Positions 25,875 through 37,922 of a stretch of DNA of 64,000 bases are shown here, one piece after another. Origin of the DNA: Balanoglossus misakiensis. Lineage: Eukaryota; Animalia; Hemichordata. The notes under the pieces are model-generated. The model had not been told where the DNA came from. It worked only from the letters and a program-made list of their open reading frames with translations, and made no database searches. The DNA lies in the NCBI GenBank assembly GCA_040954595.2, contig CM082581.2, positions 3,898,699 through 3,962,698 on the forward strand, written 5' to 3'. The translations under genes were made by a program, and so were the position numbers. Positions within the stretch are counted from its first letter, which is position 1. Every line of letters starts with the position of its first letter.

Positions 25875-27691
25875 GCATATTTGGTGTTCCCTTGGAGATG
25901 GTAGCACAGGCTATGTTTGATGCAGTGATGGAGTTCAGCAAGAAGCGTCCCAAAACTGACAATATACATCTGACTGAAATTCACATTGTCGACTACGAGA
26001 TGCGGACGGTGTCTCACATGCAGAAGGTGTTCCGCGAGAATCTGAGAAGGGCAGGCCATACAGACATAGCAGACCCGCCAAGTCCTGCAGATATACATGC
26101 AGTAGAAGCAAGAGTAGACCTGCCGGTAGAAACGGATGAAGTCAAACATGACAGTGGCGAGAAGAGACGAGAACGTCCCACAACTCCATCATCATTTCAG
26201 ACGGGCGAGAGAAGGAAAGCCGACCCCAGCAGTGTCGATGTTGGAAGCCAGAGAAGGTTGTTCTCTTCAGAAAGACTGGCGGGATCTCAGAGAGACCAGC
26301 ACAGAAGTATATTTTCATCAGAGAGACTTTCCAGACCGGTTGATAGGGATGCCCACAGGGAAACTGGTCAGAGAAGCTCTGCTTTCCAGCAGTATAAAGT
26401 TACACCTTCTCTGGACAAGTATGTACCCAGCAGATCTTCTGCATCGCCTAGAACGGGAATCACTGGAGAAAAGATCCAGCCATCGTTGAGACCCAAGACA
26501 GCTGACAGACACTCTAGAGGGCGCCATTCAGAAAGCTCTGCCCTGAAACCAATGAGAGCTACCGTTGATGCACTGGGACCTGAAAGTTCTTTTGATGACG
26601 ATCAACCGCAAGGTGCTGTTGGAGGAGAAACTGTTACCAGAGTAATGTCGGCCAAGGACAAAGAGGCTCTGGTCCAGGAAATCTTAGATGAACACGAGAA
26701 AGGTCCACATACGCGTGAAAGCACAAGAGAAACGCAAGAAAAGATTGATAATTTGTTCGTTGAAGATGAATTCTCACCAATCAGATCTAGCGGGGCAAGG
26801 GCACGCACTCGAAGTCTGGAAAGAAGTCGGCCAAAGACAGCGGACGCGGCTCCTAGGGGTCGGTCAGCATCTCTTGATCGCAAAAAAACAGTGACCGGCA
26901 CTCTTGAACGTGGTAGCACAGTTCGGAGATGTCAACTGTGTCGCACGTCTAAAAGTCTGAGCATGATGCGAGACTGTTCTCACTTCATTTGTTCAACGTG
27001 TAAAAAGTACAGCCGTGATTGTTACGACTGCTTGCAGTTGTCGTCATCCAAACGCGACACCAGTCAGCTGAAAGTTCAGGCAACATCGCTGCAGCCATCC
27101 GGTACAAGAACATCAGCCAGCCAACCAACATCATACAAAGAAAGACCCCGGTCAGCTACTCCAAATTTCACATCGTCCGGTCAAAGACCTTCATCGCCGT
27201 CTGTATCTTCATCCCGTCAAAGGCCGTCCACGCCAAACTTCCGACCGTCCAGCCAGAGAGTGGCTCACTCATCCACAGACTTCAGGGTCTCCGGCCAGTC
27301 ACCCAGATCCATGCCCCACCAAAGATCTCTCACCCCGACACCGTCCTCCGGCCAAAGACCCAGCACACCGACGCTCTCCTCCTCCTCGCGCCAGAGATCT
27401 GCCACGCCCACACTGTCCACCCCTCGCAAAGAATGCCCAATATGCATGGACAGAATCAGCAGTCCGAAGACACTGAGGCAATGTCAGCACACCTTCTGCA
27501 AAGACTGCATAGAGAGGGCCATGGATGTCAAACCAGTGTGTCCGGTGTGTGGAGTCATTTATGGCACTCTGAGAGGAGACCAGCCAGATGGAACCATGGA
27601 CATCAGTGTTGATAAATCCAAACAACTGCCGGGATATCCTGGATGTGGAACTCTTTCTATTACCTATACTTTTCCTGATGGCATTCAAACA
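25875..27691 (+). CDS. Deltex/macro gene coding exon 4: macrodomain C-terminus, RING-like 1, S/P/R repeats, RING 2, start of DTC
   Basis: GIFGVP...LTEIHIVD, then CQLC...CSHFICSTC...CYDC, then CPICMD...CQHTFCKDC...CPVC followed by YGTLRGDQPDGTM...LPGYPGCGTLSITY.FPDGIQ. Confidence 0.95.
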
Positions 27692-28067
27692 GTAAGTATA
27701 CCTGGTAAACTGCAGTACGTGTAATTGCTTGTACTTATACATGTATACAAGATGTATGCACTGAACTTGTCCAAGTGCGAATGGTGTTGAACATGGTACC
27801 AGTCCTCGCATGTGTTTTTTCAAACAATTCTCATGATTTTAATCCCTTCACCCCTCCCTCCATTTCTCACATAAAGGTTCAACCATCTCATGGGATACAA
27901 TAGGTTTGTACCAGAATCTGCTAGAGAAAGGGTAAACAACTAAAGTAAAACCTAGCTGTCTATTCTGCCTGTCTATACTGAACACACTTTTCAGATTGGG
28001 GTACATCATACTACACATTTAAACTTTGTTCTGTAGAAATTTAATGTTTTCTGTCTTTAAACGACAG

Positions 28068-28285
28068 GATCGCCATCCACACCCTGGCAGACCTCACACA
28101 GGCACAAGACGAAGGGCATATCTACCAGATAACACACAAGGTCGTGAAGTACTACAGTTGCTGAAGAAGGCTTTCCAAGCTAAGCTTCTCTTCACCATCG
28201 GTCAGTCGGTCACAACTGGACTGGATGATGTCATCGTCTGGAATGATATTCATCAAAAGACAAGCAGGCATGGTGGACCAGCCAA
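28068..28285 (+). CDS. Deltex/macro gene coding exon 5 (Deltex C-terminal domain)
   Basis: HPHPG...[34 protein letters not shown]...VWNDIHQKT. Confidence 0.96.
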
Positions 28286-28900
28286 GTAAGTGGACATTTT
28301 TCTCTCAACGATTGTGTCAGAGATGAAAACAATGAGTGTATCATGATCATGATGCTATTTTGATACTGGTGTGAAATTTGTTGCTCACTATATATATTTT
28401 TTCCAATTTTGCATTGGCAAGCAGAGTAGATGATATTCAAATTCATAAATTGTATTGCTGTAGGTAAAATGCCAGTCGTATCTTTCCTTTCTCTTGCCTC
28501 AAAGACACAAACCGTTTAGTAGCAGCGGATGTTGTCCAGGGGTTGAGGTTGGGAGATTATAGACTGGGCGTTGTTCATATGTACATCCATGCATGTGTGT
28601 GACTGAGTGCATATAATCTTGAGAATGTGTCACAGCTATGATACATGTACAGATGATTAAAATGTCCACAGGGTATCCATTTGATTCTGCAAGTGCACGA
28701 TAATCTGCAGTTCAGTAGCTTGAAGTTTTGCCTTGTTTGTGTGCTAGACGACAAAAGACACACACCAACAGGCAAAACCCTAGAGCTACTGAACTGCAGC
28801 TGGTGCAAGAGTGAAGTGTCCATTACTAACAAAGTTGCCGTCTTGGTGCGTGTAAGTACATTTCCATCTAACTTGAACAATTGTGTGTTCTATATTGCAG

Positions 28901-28970
28901 TCATGGCTATCCAGATCCGTTCTACTTAAGACGAGTCAAGGAGGAACTTGCAGCCAAGGGAATCAAGTGA
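28901..28970 (+). CDS. Deltex/macro gene last coding exon (1486 aa total)
   Basis: ttgcag|(N)HGYPDPFYLRRVKEELAAKGIK*, the canonical Deltex C-terminus. Not in the ORF track in this frame. Confidence 0.96.
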
Positions 28971-29415
28971 GTCGGCATGGTAACTCCAACAAATGCAAAG
29001 AATTCATCATACCTTCTGTCCAGCTACAAACATCGTAATTGATGAGGTGGAAGGTGGATCATATATTTTCTTAAAATGCGGTGTTATAAAACTACACATT
29101 TTTATGTTCAAACATTACATATACATGTAGATACTTAATCAAAAGGGTGAATATGTTTCTTTGTGTAAAAGTATCATTCAGAATGATAAAATGGTTTCGT
29201 ATCATTCAGAATGATAAAACGGTTTCAATTATTATAAAAGAGAATTATAATTCTTCAGGATGTATATGGTATTTTTTATATATATATATATATCTATGTT
29301 CTAGAGTGTTTTTAGTTTTACAAATTACCCATATTCAAATCAATTGTTTATCTAATACTGGGCATGTGTTGATTATCATCAAAGTAAATTGTAGCCCCCC
29401 CCCCCCTCCTACAGT

Positions 29416-29508
29416 TTAACCCTTTCACCCCCATTTCCCTCTATTGAGGTCCAACTTTACTATAGAAAACAATAGATTTGGACCAAACCATGGTGGTGAA
29501 AGGTTTAA
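29416..29508. mobile_element. ~90 bp TTAA-flanked mini-element (piggyBac-like CCC...GGG ends)
   Basis: ttaaccctttcacc ... ggtgaaaggtttaa. Related copies at ~12215-12256, 22218-22305, 27839-27936 and 43480-43572. Confidence 0.7.
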
Positions 29509-32500
29509 AGAGAATACATACGAAAACGAAATTAATTATATGAATTTTATACTAGTGGACTAGTTATTTTACAAAACTACAAGCTTATCACCTATCCAAA
29601 CTATTTTTACTATCTTCACCTCTACCCATAATGTAACATAATTATGTGAGTGGATCTTTTGCATGAAGTGAACAGCAATTTAATTAAGGTACCCAGAATT
29701 AACATAATTTGAAGCACACTTGTATCTGTGCCTTTTGTAGAAAGAAATGAAGGTACAGAGTCTATCAATATGGAACTCAGTTTCTCAATATTCATCAATT
29801 TCTTTCTGGGTTTTTCAGGGAATACAAGCCTACAATACTATAAAATGCTGATTATTACAAGGAAATGAGGGATAACTAGTATCTATTTCTTATATTTTGT
29901 TTATTCCAAAGCTCTTTTAAATTCCATCACCTTCCAGTTCTGTATATATTAAGTGTGTGCAGAGTCTTTTTGAAAATGAAGAAAGAAATTGCGTGCTCAC
30001 TGTCATGTTTCATGAAACTTTAAATTTTCTCCATAGAATAAACACAGATTGGTGGCCATTTTGAATTTCAAATTTGAGACAATTTTGCTCTGCCATTCAA
30101 AATTTTGTACGGTGACCCCCAATTTTTATTCTCAATTACAAGAGAAACTAATCTAATCTAGTTTCCTTGAGCAAAGTATGAGATTTTGATTTTTGAGGTA
30201 CATACTTAAAAAGAGGATTGGTGTGTAAATTCACAAAAACAGATATAGACAGATGATAGATCTTTACAGTATAAGTTTAATAAGTTGTAGAATATTCAGT
30301 TGTATTTCGATGATGGCCACTTGCTTAAATGACATTTGACAGCCCTGCAAATTGACTCATATTTTTCAAGAAGGTATGTTTGTCAAAGGGTCCACAATAA
30401 AAGGTAGAAAGGACACTCTGTTTTTAAAATTGCATGAATCTTGAAAGGAGTGTTATCTTGTTTTTCAATTATGGCTATATTGTCTAGTGTTAATGTCAAA
30501 GGTGAAAGAGGTGGGGTTTTTTGGTGTAAAGAAAAATATATATTAAAGGTTTGAATATATTATACAAGATATATGATATTTCTCAGTTGCCAAAATTTGC
30601 TATAAAAATGGATGTTTTTATTATATATATGTATGAGTTTTCCGTAAAATTATTTTAAATTCTATCAGTGATAGTGATGAAGTACAGGTTTACATATGTA
30701 GAAGTTGACATTACATATATTATTGACATTTTTTGTATGTATTCATTATGTTGATTCAACACCAGATACTGGTATGTTTACTTGTCATTCAATTGATTTT
30801 GTGGCTTTGCAAAAAACTCTTTTCAATTGTAATGTCTTATCATTGGCTTCATCGCTGTCATAGATTCACAACTTCAATCCAAATCAGATTTTGTCTTTTA
30901 ATAGTATTCTTTAACTCTCCTCTGGATCATGGCCCTGCATTGAAATTGATACTGATAGAAGTAGTTTTATAAAAAACATAGGTGGGCCTCATGCTGTAAT
31001 CAAAGCAAGCACAAATTGCTCATTATTTACATATTCCAGAACATTTCAATGGCAAAAATTGTATCTTTTATGATGCAGCAATATGCATCATTATTGGGTT
31101 ACCCACTAGAAAGAAATTATTTCAGGTTTATACACAAATATTATGGTTTTGGCAGTTACATCAAGTAACAATGTTCACATTCACATCAGAATGTATTCTC
31201 AAAAGTCAGACATTGCTGTTGTCCAGACCATCAGATTCTTTTTTATTTTTAATACTTGTTGTATACATGTATATACCGGTATGTACTTTATTGATCTTGA
31301 TTACTGCGTCCAAGATATATTTTGGAAACAATATGAAATCAACACATAGTATCATTATAGATACTCTATACAAGACTTAAGTATCATAGATAAAGAGATT
31401 TTGATATAGTGTGTTCACTTAAGTTTACTTAATATGCTAGTTGTACAGTTGCACACTGTGAACGCACAGTGAAATATCTTCGTTTGCACAACTTGTTTTC
31501 AAGTCATATGTCTCAGTGATTTGATTTCTGTAAAATATAAGCTAAGGTTCAAGATCAAAACCGTGACTCTGACCTTTTTGCATGTAAAAAGTCAAGATAT
31601 CGTGCCCTGTGTAAGATTTCATTTGAAGGTGTGTGTTTTTTGTTGTTGTTGTTGTTGTTGTTTTTTTTTTGGGGGGGGGGGGGGGCTTGTGGCTTTACGT
31701 CCAGAAGGTACATGTCCCCGTCCAGACCAAACCCCTGAAGCCTCACAAGATGGTCACCTCACCCAAATTTTCACTCCCTCTGTACTGTAAAAATTAGAAG
31801 GAACACTACTGTGATATCATCCATTTGGTGGAGGAAAGATTCTGCTGGGAAAGATGGTGGAGAGGACTGTTCCTCAGATGTGGCCGAGGCCTGGACATTC
31901 ATGTATCATAAACTTTTCATCTTGGTAGAATCGAGATTTATCAGGAGCACTATGCAATGCTCATATACAACTTGTAGATTGTTTGGATTACTCTAGAAAA
32001 GTCATTTTGTTAACCCTTACCCAAATACCAAACATTGCCTTATCTGAGTGTACATGCAGTGGTTGATGTGTGTCACAACATAACTTGCATTGGTTTCAGT
32101 ATAGTAACTAACTCTGAACAAACTCTGCAATATTATCATGAAAATCTAATGAAGCAATCAAGCCTTCCATTCAGTTTCCTACTGTTTGGCCTGTTGTACT
32201 TAAACCCATTTTAGTTGTAATTTTGGATCATTTTTCAGTATTTTTTTCACTGTATCAACTGCAATTTATTGTTGGAACCCCTTCTAAAACATAATGAAAT
32301 TCCCAGTACATGTATTAGGCTTATCAACACAGCTTGTATGTGTTCAATACTACTGTATTATTATTATTGAAAACAGAATTCTAGTCCTAACTTGGTTCCT
32401 CCTCAGTTGGTTCAGAATAAAATTTGTTCTCCAGCAATAGTGATAAGCAGAATACTGTACTTTGGGGAGTAGGGTAAAAAAAAAACTATAAAAGAAGCCA

Positions 32501-35500
32501 AAAAGAACAGTGCTAAACTGTAACAGCTTATGAAACTGCAGACCAGTATGACCATGCGTACTACATTTTTGGATGTAGAGAGTATAAGTGTATAATAGGA
32601 TTATTTTGGGGGGTGGGGGTGTTGAATTCAGTTAAGAGTGTAGTATTGCCAATGAAAGTATTAGTCCAAGATTGACCATTCACATCTTTGCTATAACACT
32701 AAAAGAAAAAGGTTTTGGAATTCAAGCTTTATATGTTTTAGTTGTTTATATTTTCTTTTTCATTTATCAACAAACATGGCAGAACAATACACCCCCTACG
32801 CCTGTTCTCGGCTACTTAAATGAAAATTGCAACTCGAGTTCCAACGCTATTTACTGCATTTGCTAAATTTCTGCGCTGCTATGCGTTGTCTCGCACACGA
32901 CTGTTACAATTTAGTGCAAAGATTGCTAATTACACATAGAATACTTAAAGCAACATTGAGCTGACATCAAAGCATTGCATTGGAGAAAACAGAACGTTTA
33001 ACTGCATGTTGGATGAGAACTGGAAATGGCCGAGGACAGACATAGAGGGTGTACACAAAAACATTAAAATGCTATCAAATAGATGTATTTATGAAATTCT
33101 GAACACCAAATATTATATGTAGTGTTTGTTGGTGTGAATAGTTTTGGTTACATGTTATATATTTAATCTCGTTTGACTTATTTTATAAACCAGTGTGAAG
33201 TTCTCATCAGTCCAATCTCAGTGTTATAAAACGTGAGCATCATAAAATGCATGCAAATTTATGAAAAGAAAAGCAACTATATGTTTGCACTCTTTGCTTG
33301 TAAAATTGAAACTTTGAATATTCCAGTTTGCATGACAATCACCTCTATGATATGCAGGCAGAGCCTGATTTCTCTGCCAGGATTCTGTTTATCCCAAAAG
33401 TTCTGTTTCAGTCCAAGGCACACAAACACAGGAGAAAACTAGTCAACATGAAAATAACAAGTGTTAACATTCATTATTAGTGATAATTTCTTGACAGTTC
33501 TAACCTGTCAACACAAGTGTTCTTTGCTTTTTTTGTTTGAATTAGCATATAGACTTCATTTTCATCTCGAAATGTGAAGCATACACAACAACGTACCACT
33601 GACTTGTGCCAGCTATTTCAATTTTTATATCAAGATTTACAAGGTCAACATTGGCAACAGCAGCTGCTTCAGTCCGTTAACATTCTCTCAACAATGTATC
33701 TTCAGTGTTATACAACTTTCCCTACCTTAGATAGGTTTTGCTACCTGGGTGAGTCGGGTGATGAATATCTCATATGGTCGACACATTTTCAAGATGGCTG
33801 ATATTTGCCATGTTTAAGAAATGGAAGTTCATAAGCTCAATTGATGCTTAGTCATTATGAAACTGTGTAACAGAAAAAATAACAAAATGTGAAAAAAGTT
33901 CAATGAGTTTAATATGGCATCTGCAAAGACAGAAATTTTTGACCAAAGGAAGTCATGAAATACAGTTACGTAATTTCTTCTATCTCTTACTACAGTGAGT
34001 TGTCGACCTTTTACCCAGAATGTAATTATTACTAGCACTAAAGTAAAAACCTATTTTTAGGCAGCCAGAATTCAGAATACAAATGTACTTTTTTTATTTA
34101 CTTGGGAGTGTTTGCAAGGATGTAACTATTGTATAGATTTTTTTACAATCTTTTGCAGCAAAAAACAACAACAATGTTTGAAAAAGCTGACACTGTCAAC
34201 TGTCTTTGCCTCTATGTTGTGGAAGTGTAGTTTTACATGGCCTTGAGTATTGTCTCTTTATTGTGGTTATAGTACGGTCTTCTGACAGTCAAGTTAAGCT
34301 GCTGACCAACCGGCATACAGTTTATAGTTATAGAGACACAAATTGCATCACAACTGTGACTCTTAAAACAAGAATACCTATGGTCACTCTACAAGTAATA
34401 CTTCAATGAAAAGACCAGGTCATAAAAAAAATGAATTCATAATATCCTTGTACATCCAAAATTCTTTGCATGTTTTGGCCAATTCATCCATGCTTTTTCT
34501 GTAAACTTAACTTACATTTTGAATGTCTACTTTCATTGTGTTTATGAGACCCCCCCCCCCCCCCTTCATTGGAGTAAAATTAATAAAATGTTCATGGAAA
34601 ATTTGCTGAAATATGTTCAGGAAAGTAGGATTTTGTGTGTAAAAGACGATAAATGAAAGGATATTTAATCAGATTTAATGTATTACCGGTGGTCATTTTA
34701 TAGTCACAATAAAGAGACATCCCTCATAGTCTTCTAAGCTGGGTTTCCACAGCTGTGTATGAAGTACAGGTGTTGCCATGGTTACATCTTTTTAGACCTG
34801 TTTGAACTCTGGTTTTATGTTTTAATGAATTGCATCATGTTGGTTTACATAAACAAGGAAGTGCCTTTAATGGACAATGATGTGTATGTTGTTATATGGT
34901 CTAAAAATGGAGAAAGTAAGATTCATAAAATTATCTTTAAAAAATATACTTGTACAGCAAATACTACCCTTTACTTCGGCTAAATTGTCTGCAAATTCAC
35001 GTGCTAAGGTTATAAATTTCAATGCATTTTTTTGTTAAAATGAAACTATCCATATAAAAATGTGTTAAATAATGTATGGTTATAATTGGAATTTGAATCA
35101 GGTGGTTCTATCCCTGCAAATAATAATCGCCCAATTTACCGTATACAAATTAAAATGCATGTACTGTTTGTAATTAAGTTATTAAAACATGCTTTCTTGG
35201 TTTGAGCAAAATGGGGCTTTGAAATTGCTGTTAAGAATTACTCTTCTGTATAAATTTCTGTGCAAATGTTTTCTGTCTATTTTTATATCACTTATTACCG
35301 TCAAATAAATTCTTAGATCATAAAATATGGTTGCCAACTTGTGAGTTTCTTTCTCGATGTTTGACAGAAATTTTGGTGAATCAGTTGATCATAAAACTAT
35401 GTTTTCATAGTAATTGTTATAAATTGAATCTTAAAGTTGGAATATACTGGTTGGTGGAAAATAAACATTTTCTTCTTCAGAACCATAAACTACGAATTTT

Positions 35501-36197
35501 GAAGCAGATTCTGTCATTGAACACCATGGAGGGAGCATCAGATTGTACAAACATAAGTATATGGGGAGGTTACTGAAATTTTCATTAGTTTTAAGGAAGC
35601 TTCCTTTTTTGGAATTAATGTACAGAAACATGTGGTTGACAGTTGTCACCTCCATAATTAAATGCAACAACATATACCACTACAACAACGAAAAAAAACA
35701 TAATCAAAATCAATATGTAATATGAATTTGGATGTGATTATTTCTCAATGCACTCAAAATGCTTTGAACATCATCAAAACAGGTGAGTCATGCAGTATGT
35801 GTTGGGTGTTCTGGATTAGCAAAACTTGACTGATAAGGGATGGACTAAAAATACAAAGGTCCACGAAGATACTGTACACGGCCGATGGGGGCGCTGTTTA
35901 ATCCAATGAATCTCATCCATTGCAATGAATAACTAAAACTTACTTGTTATTTACATTATGACTTGAGATGCATTTCCATACAATAATTGCACTCACTGTA
36001 GTGGTAGCATATAACAATTTAATCATGGGGTATTCAGTTCACTACAGGTTTTGAGTTCGTCAATGGCCAGAGTCAAACATGAGCTGTACCTTACGTACAT
36101 ATGTCTGTCTGTATCTAGAATATCTGATGATGATTTGTTCATGTGTCAAACGCACCACTGAATTACAGTAGTATGTACATTGCATCAATATTTATGT

Positions 36198-37922
36198 CTA
36201 ATCAGAATCAGACATGTTAGATTTTAAATCTGTCACACTTACAATCATGTCTGATCTTAAAATCTGTTGCAGTATTGAGATGACATCATTGAGTAGGATA
36301 TATTTACTGACTAGAGATTCATAGACACACAGTTTCTGCATGTCTTGCAGCCGACCATTTTCACCAATTCCCCAAACAACATCGCCGCGTTCTGTTTTAG
36401 ATTTCATCTCTTGTAGCAGCTGAATGAAGCCACTTTGTCTGTTCTTTGATGAACTGGAATTCTCTGATAGAGTTCCGACAACACGGAGTACGGCTTTGCC
36501 AATGATATCACATGCCACCCTCAAGTAGTTATCAGATTTGCTTTCTTTGATTTCCTGTAGTGTTCTGTAAATCACGTATTCTGTTAAACCACCACCAATG
36601 ACACTGATGCCAACAGGAGACGTTTCTTCAGTTGCGGATTTCTGTTGAGTTGTGGAAATTCCCTTTCTGAGCAGGTACTGTGTTTCAAGCCACATCTTGA
36701 CACACTTCAAACTATTGAGGAGCGCAGAATGATAATGTCTGGCTATGCTTTGAACTGGTGCACATACAGTGATCTGCACACAAGCATCCACTCCAAGACG
36801 GACATACCTACACGAGCTGTGATTCAAAGTTCTGCAGAACTTAGCACGGCCAATGCACGCATCTGTCAGAGAGTCCTGTAAGGTTTGAATGACTTCAGTT
36901 GCTGACAGTGTCGCTATCAGTGAAACCATCTCCTCCGGTACCATGTGCACAGCCGATATGCCAAACTTCTTACAGAAGTAAAGGATCATATCAGACAACT
37001 TCTGAGTTGTGATTAGCACCTTCACCTGATTCTCACGACACTGAATCAAAAATGCCTGCACTGATTTACTCTGATGTTCCAATGTGTCTTGAAGACTCTC
37101 TTCCTTTGCAAATGAATATGTTGAATTCCTGTCAGGTTCATTGAGCTCACAGTCTACTAAGATGTATTTGCAGTGTGTATCGCAAAGCTGATCAAAGTCA
37201 TCTGCCTTGACAGCAAAGTCCCTCTGTATGAGAATCCCTTCAGTGACCTGAGATTCACCGGGCAAGCCTACCATCTGGATAGAAAGCTGATCAAAATTAT
37301 TGATTAGCCATCTGATTTCCAAGTACAGATTGCCAACTGATCTGGAGTTCATGAATACGAAATCTGAAAGAAGGTTACTGAGTATTTCTACAATCTGGCG
37401 GCTGAATTTTCCAGTCATTGAAGTGGTGATGATTGCCAGACACATACGCTTCACATTCTGGTAGTTGTTGTCACTTAGATTTGTTAGGGTTGATATTTTC
37501 AGTAGCTGTGGTACAACTTCGTTGGGAAGAGTCTCGCTTTGTATCCAACCAATGGCGTGCGATAACCGTGTCAGTTCCACCCTCGATTGACCGCACAGAG
37601 AATGCATTGACAGTTTCTCCAGAAAATGCTCTATTTGCTTCAGAGCCTCTGTCAGGATCACGACGAAGGCTTTGGAATTGTTTCCGGAGTGGCTGTGATG
37701 AGAACTCACCGACTGGATAACCATTCTGCCAACAGGATGCGCCATATGTAAAGACCTCAAGATTGTCAGTCCATCACTGGAGATCAATACATTGCCTGTG
37801 GCTGCGCTTATCATAGTTTGTTGTGCATTAGGTCCTATAGACATGCGGATGATGTTTTCTAAGCAGCGACAGACGGACACACAGGACGAGATGTCAATAT
37901 TCACTCTCGATATCTCCATCAT
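36198..37922 (-). CDS. BBS10: Bardet-Biedl syndrome 10 chaperonin-like protein, single coding exon, 574 aa
   Basis: LENIIRMSIGPN...TGNVLISSDG.TIL.SLHMAHPVGRM...VSSH...K.F aligns with the BBS10 N-terminus as I recall it. Also has GGGLTE and a VYESLVSKY.LL...LQQILR.D C-terminus. Confidence 0.88.
   Translation of the reverse strand: MMEISRVNIDISSCVSVCRCLENIIRMSIGPNAQQTMISAATGNVLISSDGLTILRSLHMAHPVGRMVIQSVSSHHSHSGNNSKAFVVILTEALKQIEHFLEKLSMHSLCGQSRVELTRLSHAIGWIQSETLPNEVVPQLLKISTLTNLSDNNYQNVKRMCLAIITTSMTGKFSRQIVEILSNLLSDFVFMNSRSVGNLYLEIRWLINNFDQLSIQMVGLPGESQVTEGILIQRDFAVKADDFDQLCDTHCKYILVDCELNEPDRNSTYSFAKEESLQDTLEHQSKSVQAFLIQCRENQVKVLITTQKLSDMILYFCKKFGISAVHMVPEEMVSLIATLSATEVIQTLQDSLTDACIGRAKFCRTLNHSSCRYVRLGVDACVQITVCAPVQSIARHYHSALLNSLKCVKMWLETQYLLRKGISTTQQKSATEETSPVGISVIGGGLTEYVIYRTLQEIKESKSDNYLRVACDIIGKAVLRVVGTLSENSSSSKNRQSGFIQLLQEMKSKTERGDVVWGIGENGRLQDMQKLCVYESLVSKYILLNDVISILQQILRSDMIVSVTDLKSNMSDSD

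Noticed and set aside
23205-27724. Treating the 724 aa and 645 aa ORFs as separate genes, or calling the first PARP14/PARP9
   Set aside because: The macrodomain is split between them by a phase-compatible intron, and no PARP catalytic domain is present.
27019-27823. Alternative-frame (197 aa) and antisense (174 aa) ORFs over Deltex exon 4
   Set aside because: Shadow ORFs of GC-rich, repetitive coding sequence with no recognisable motifs.
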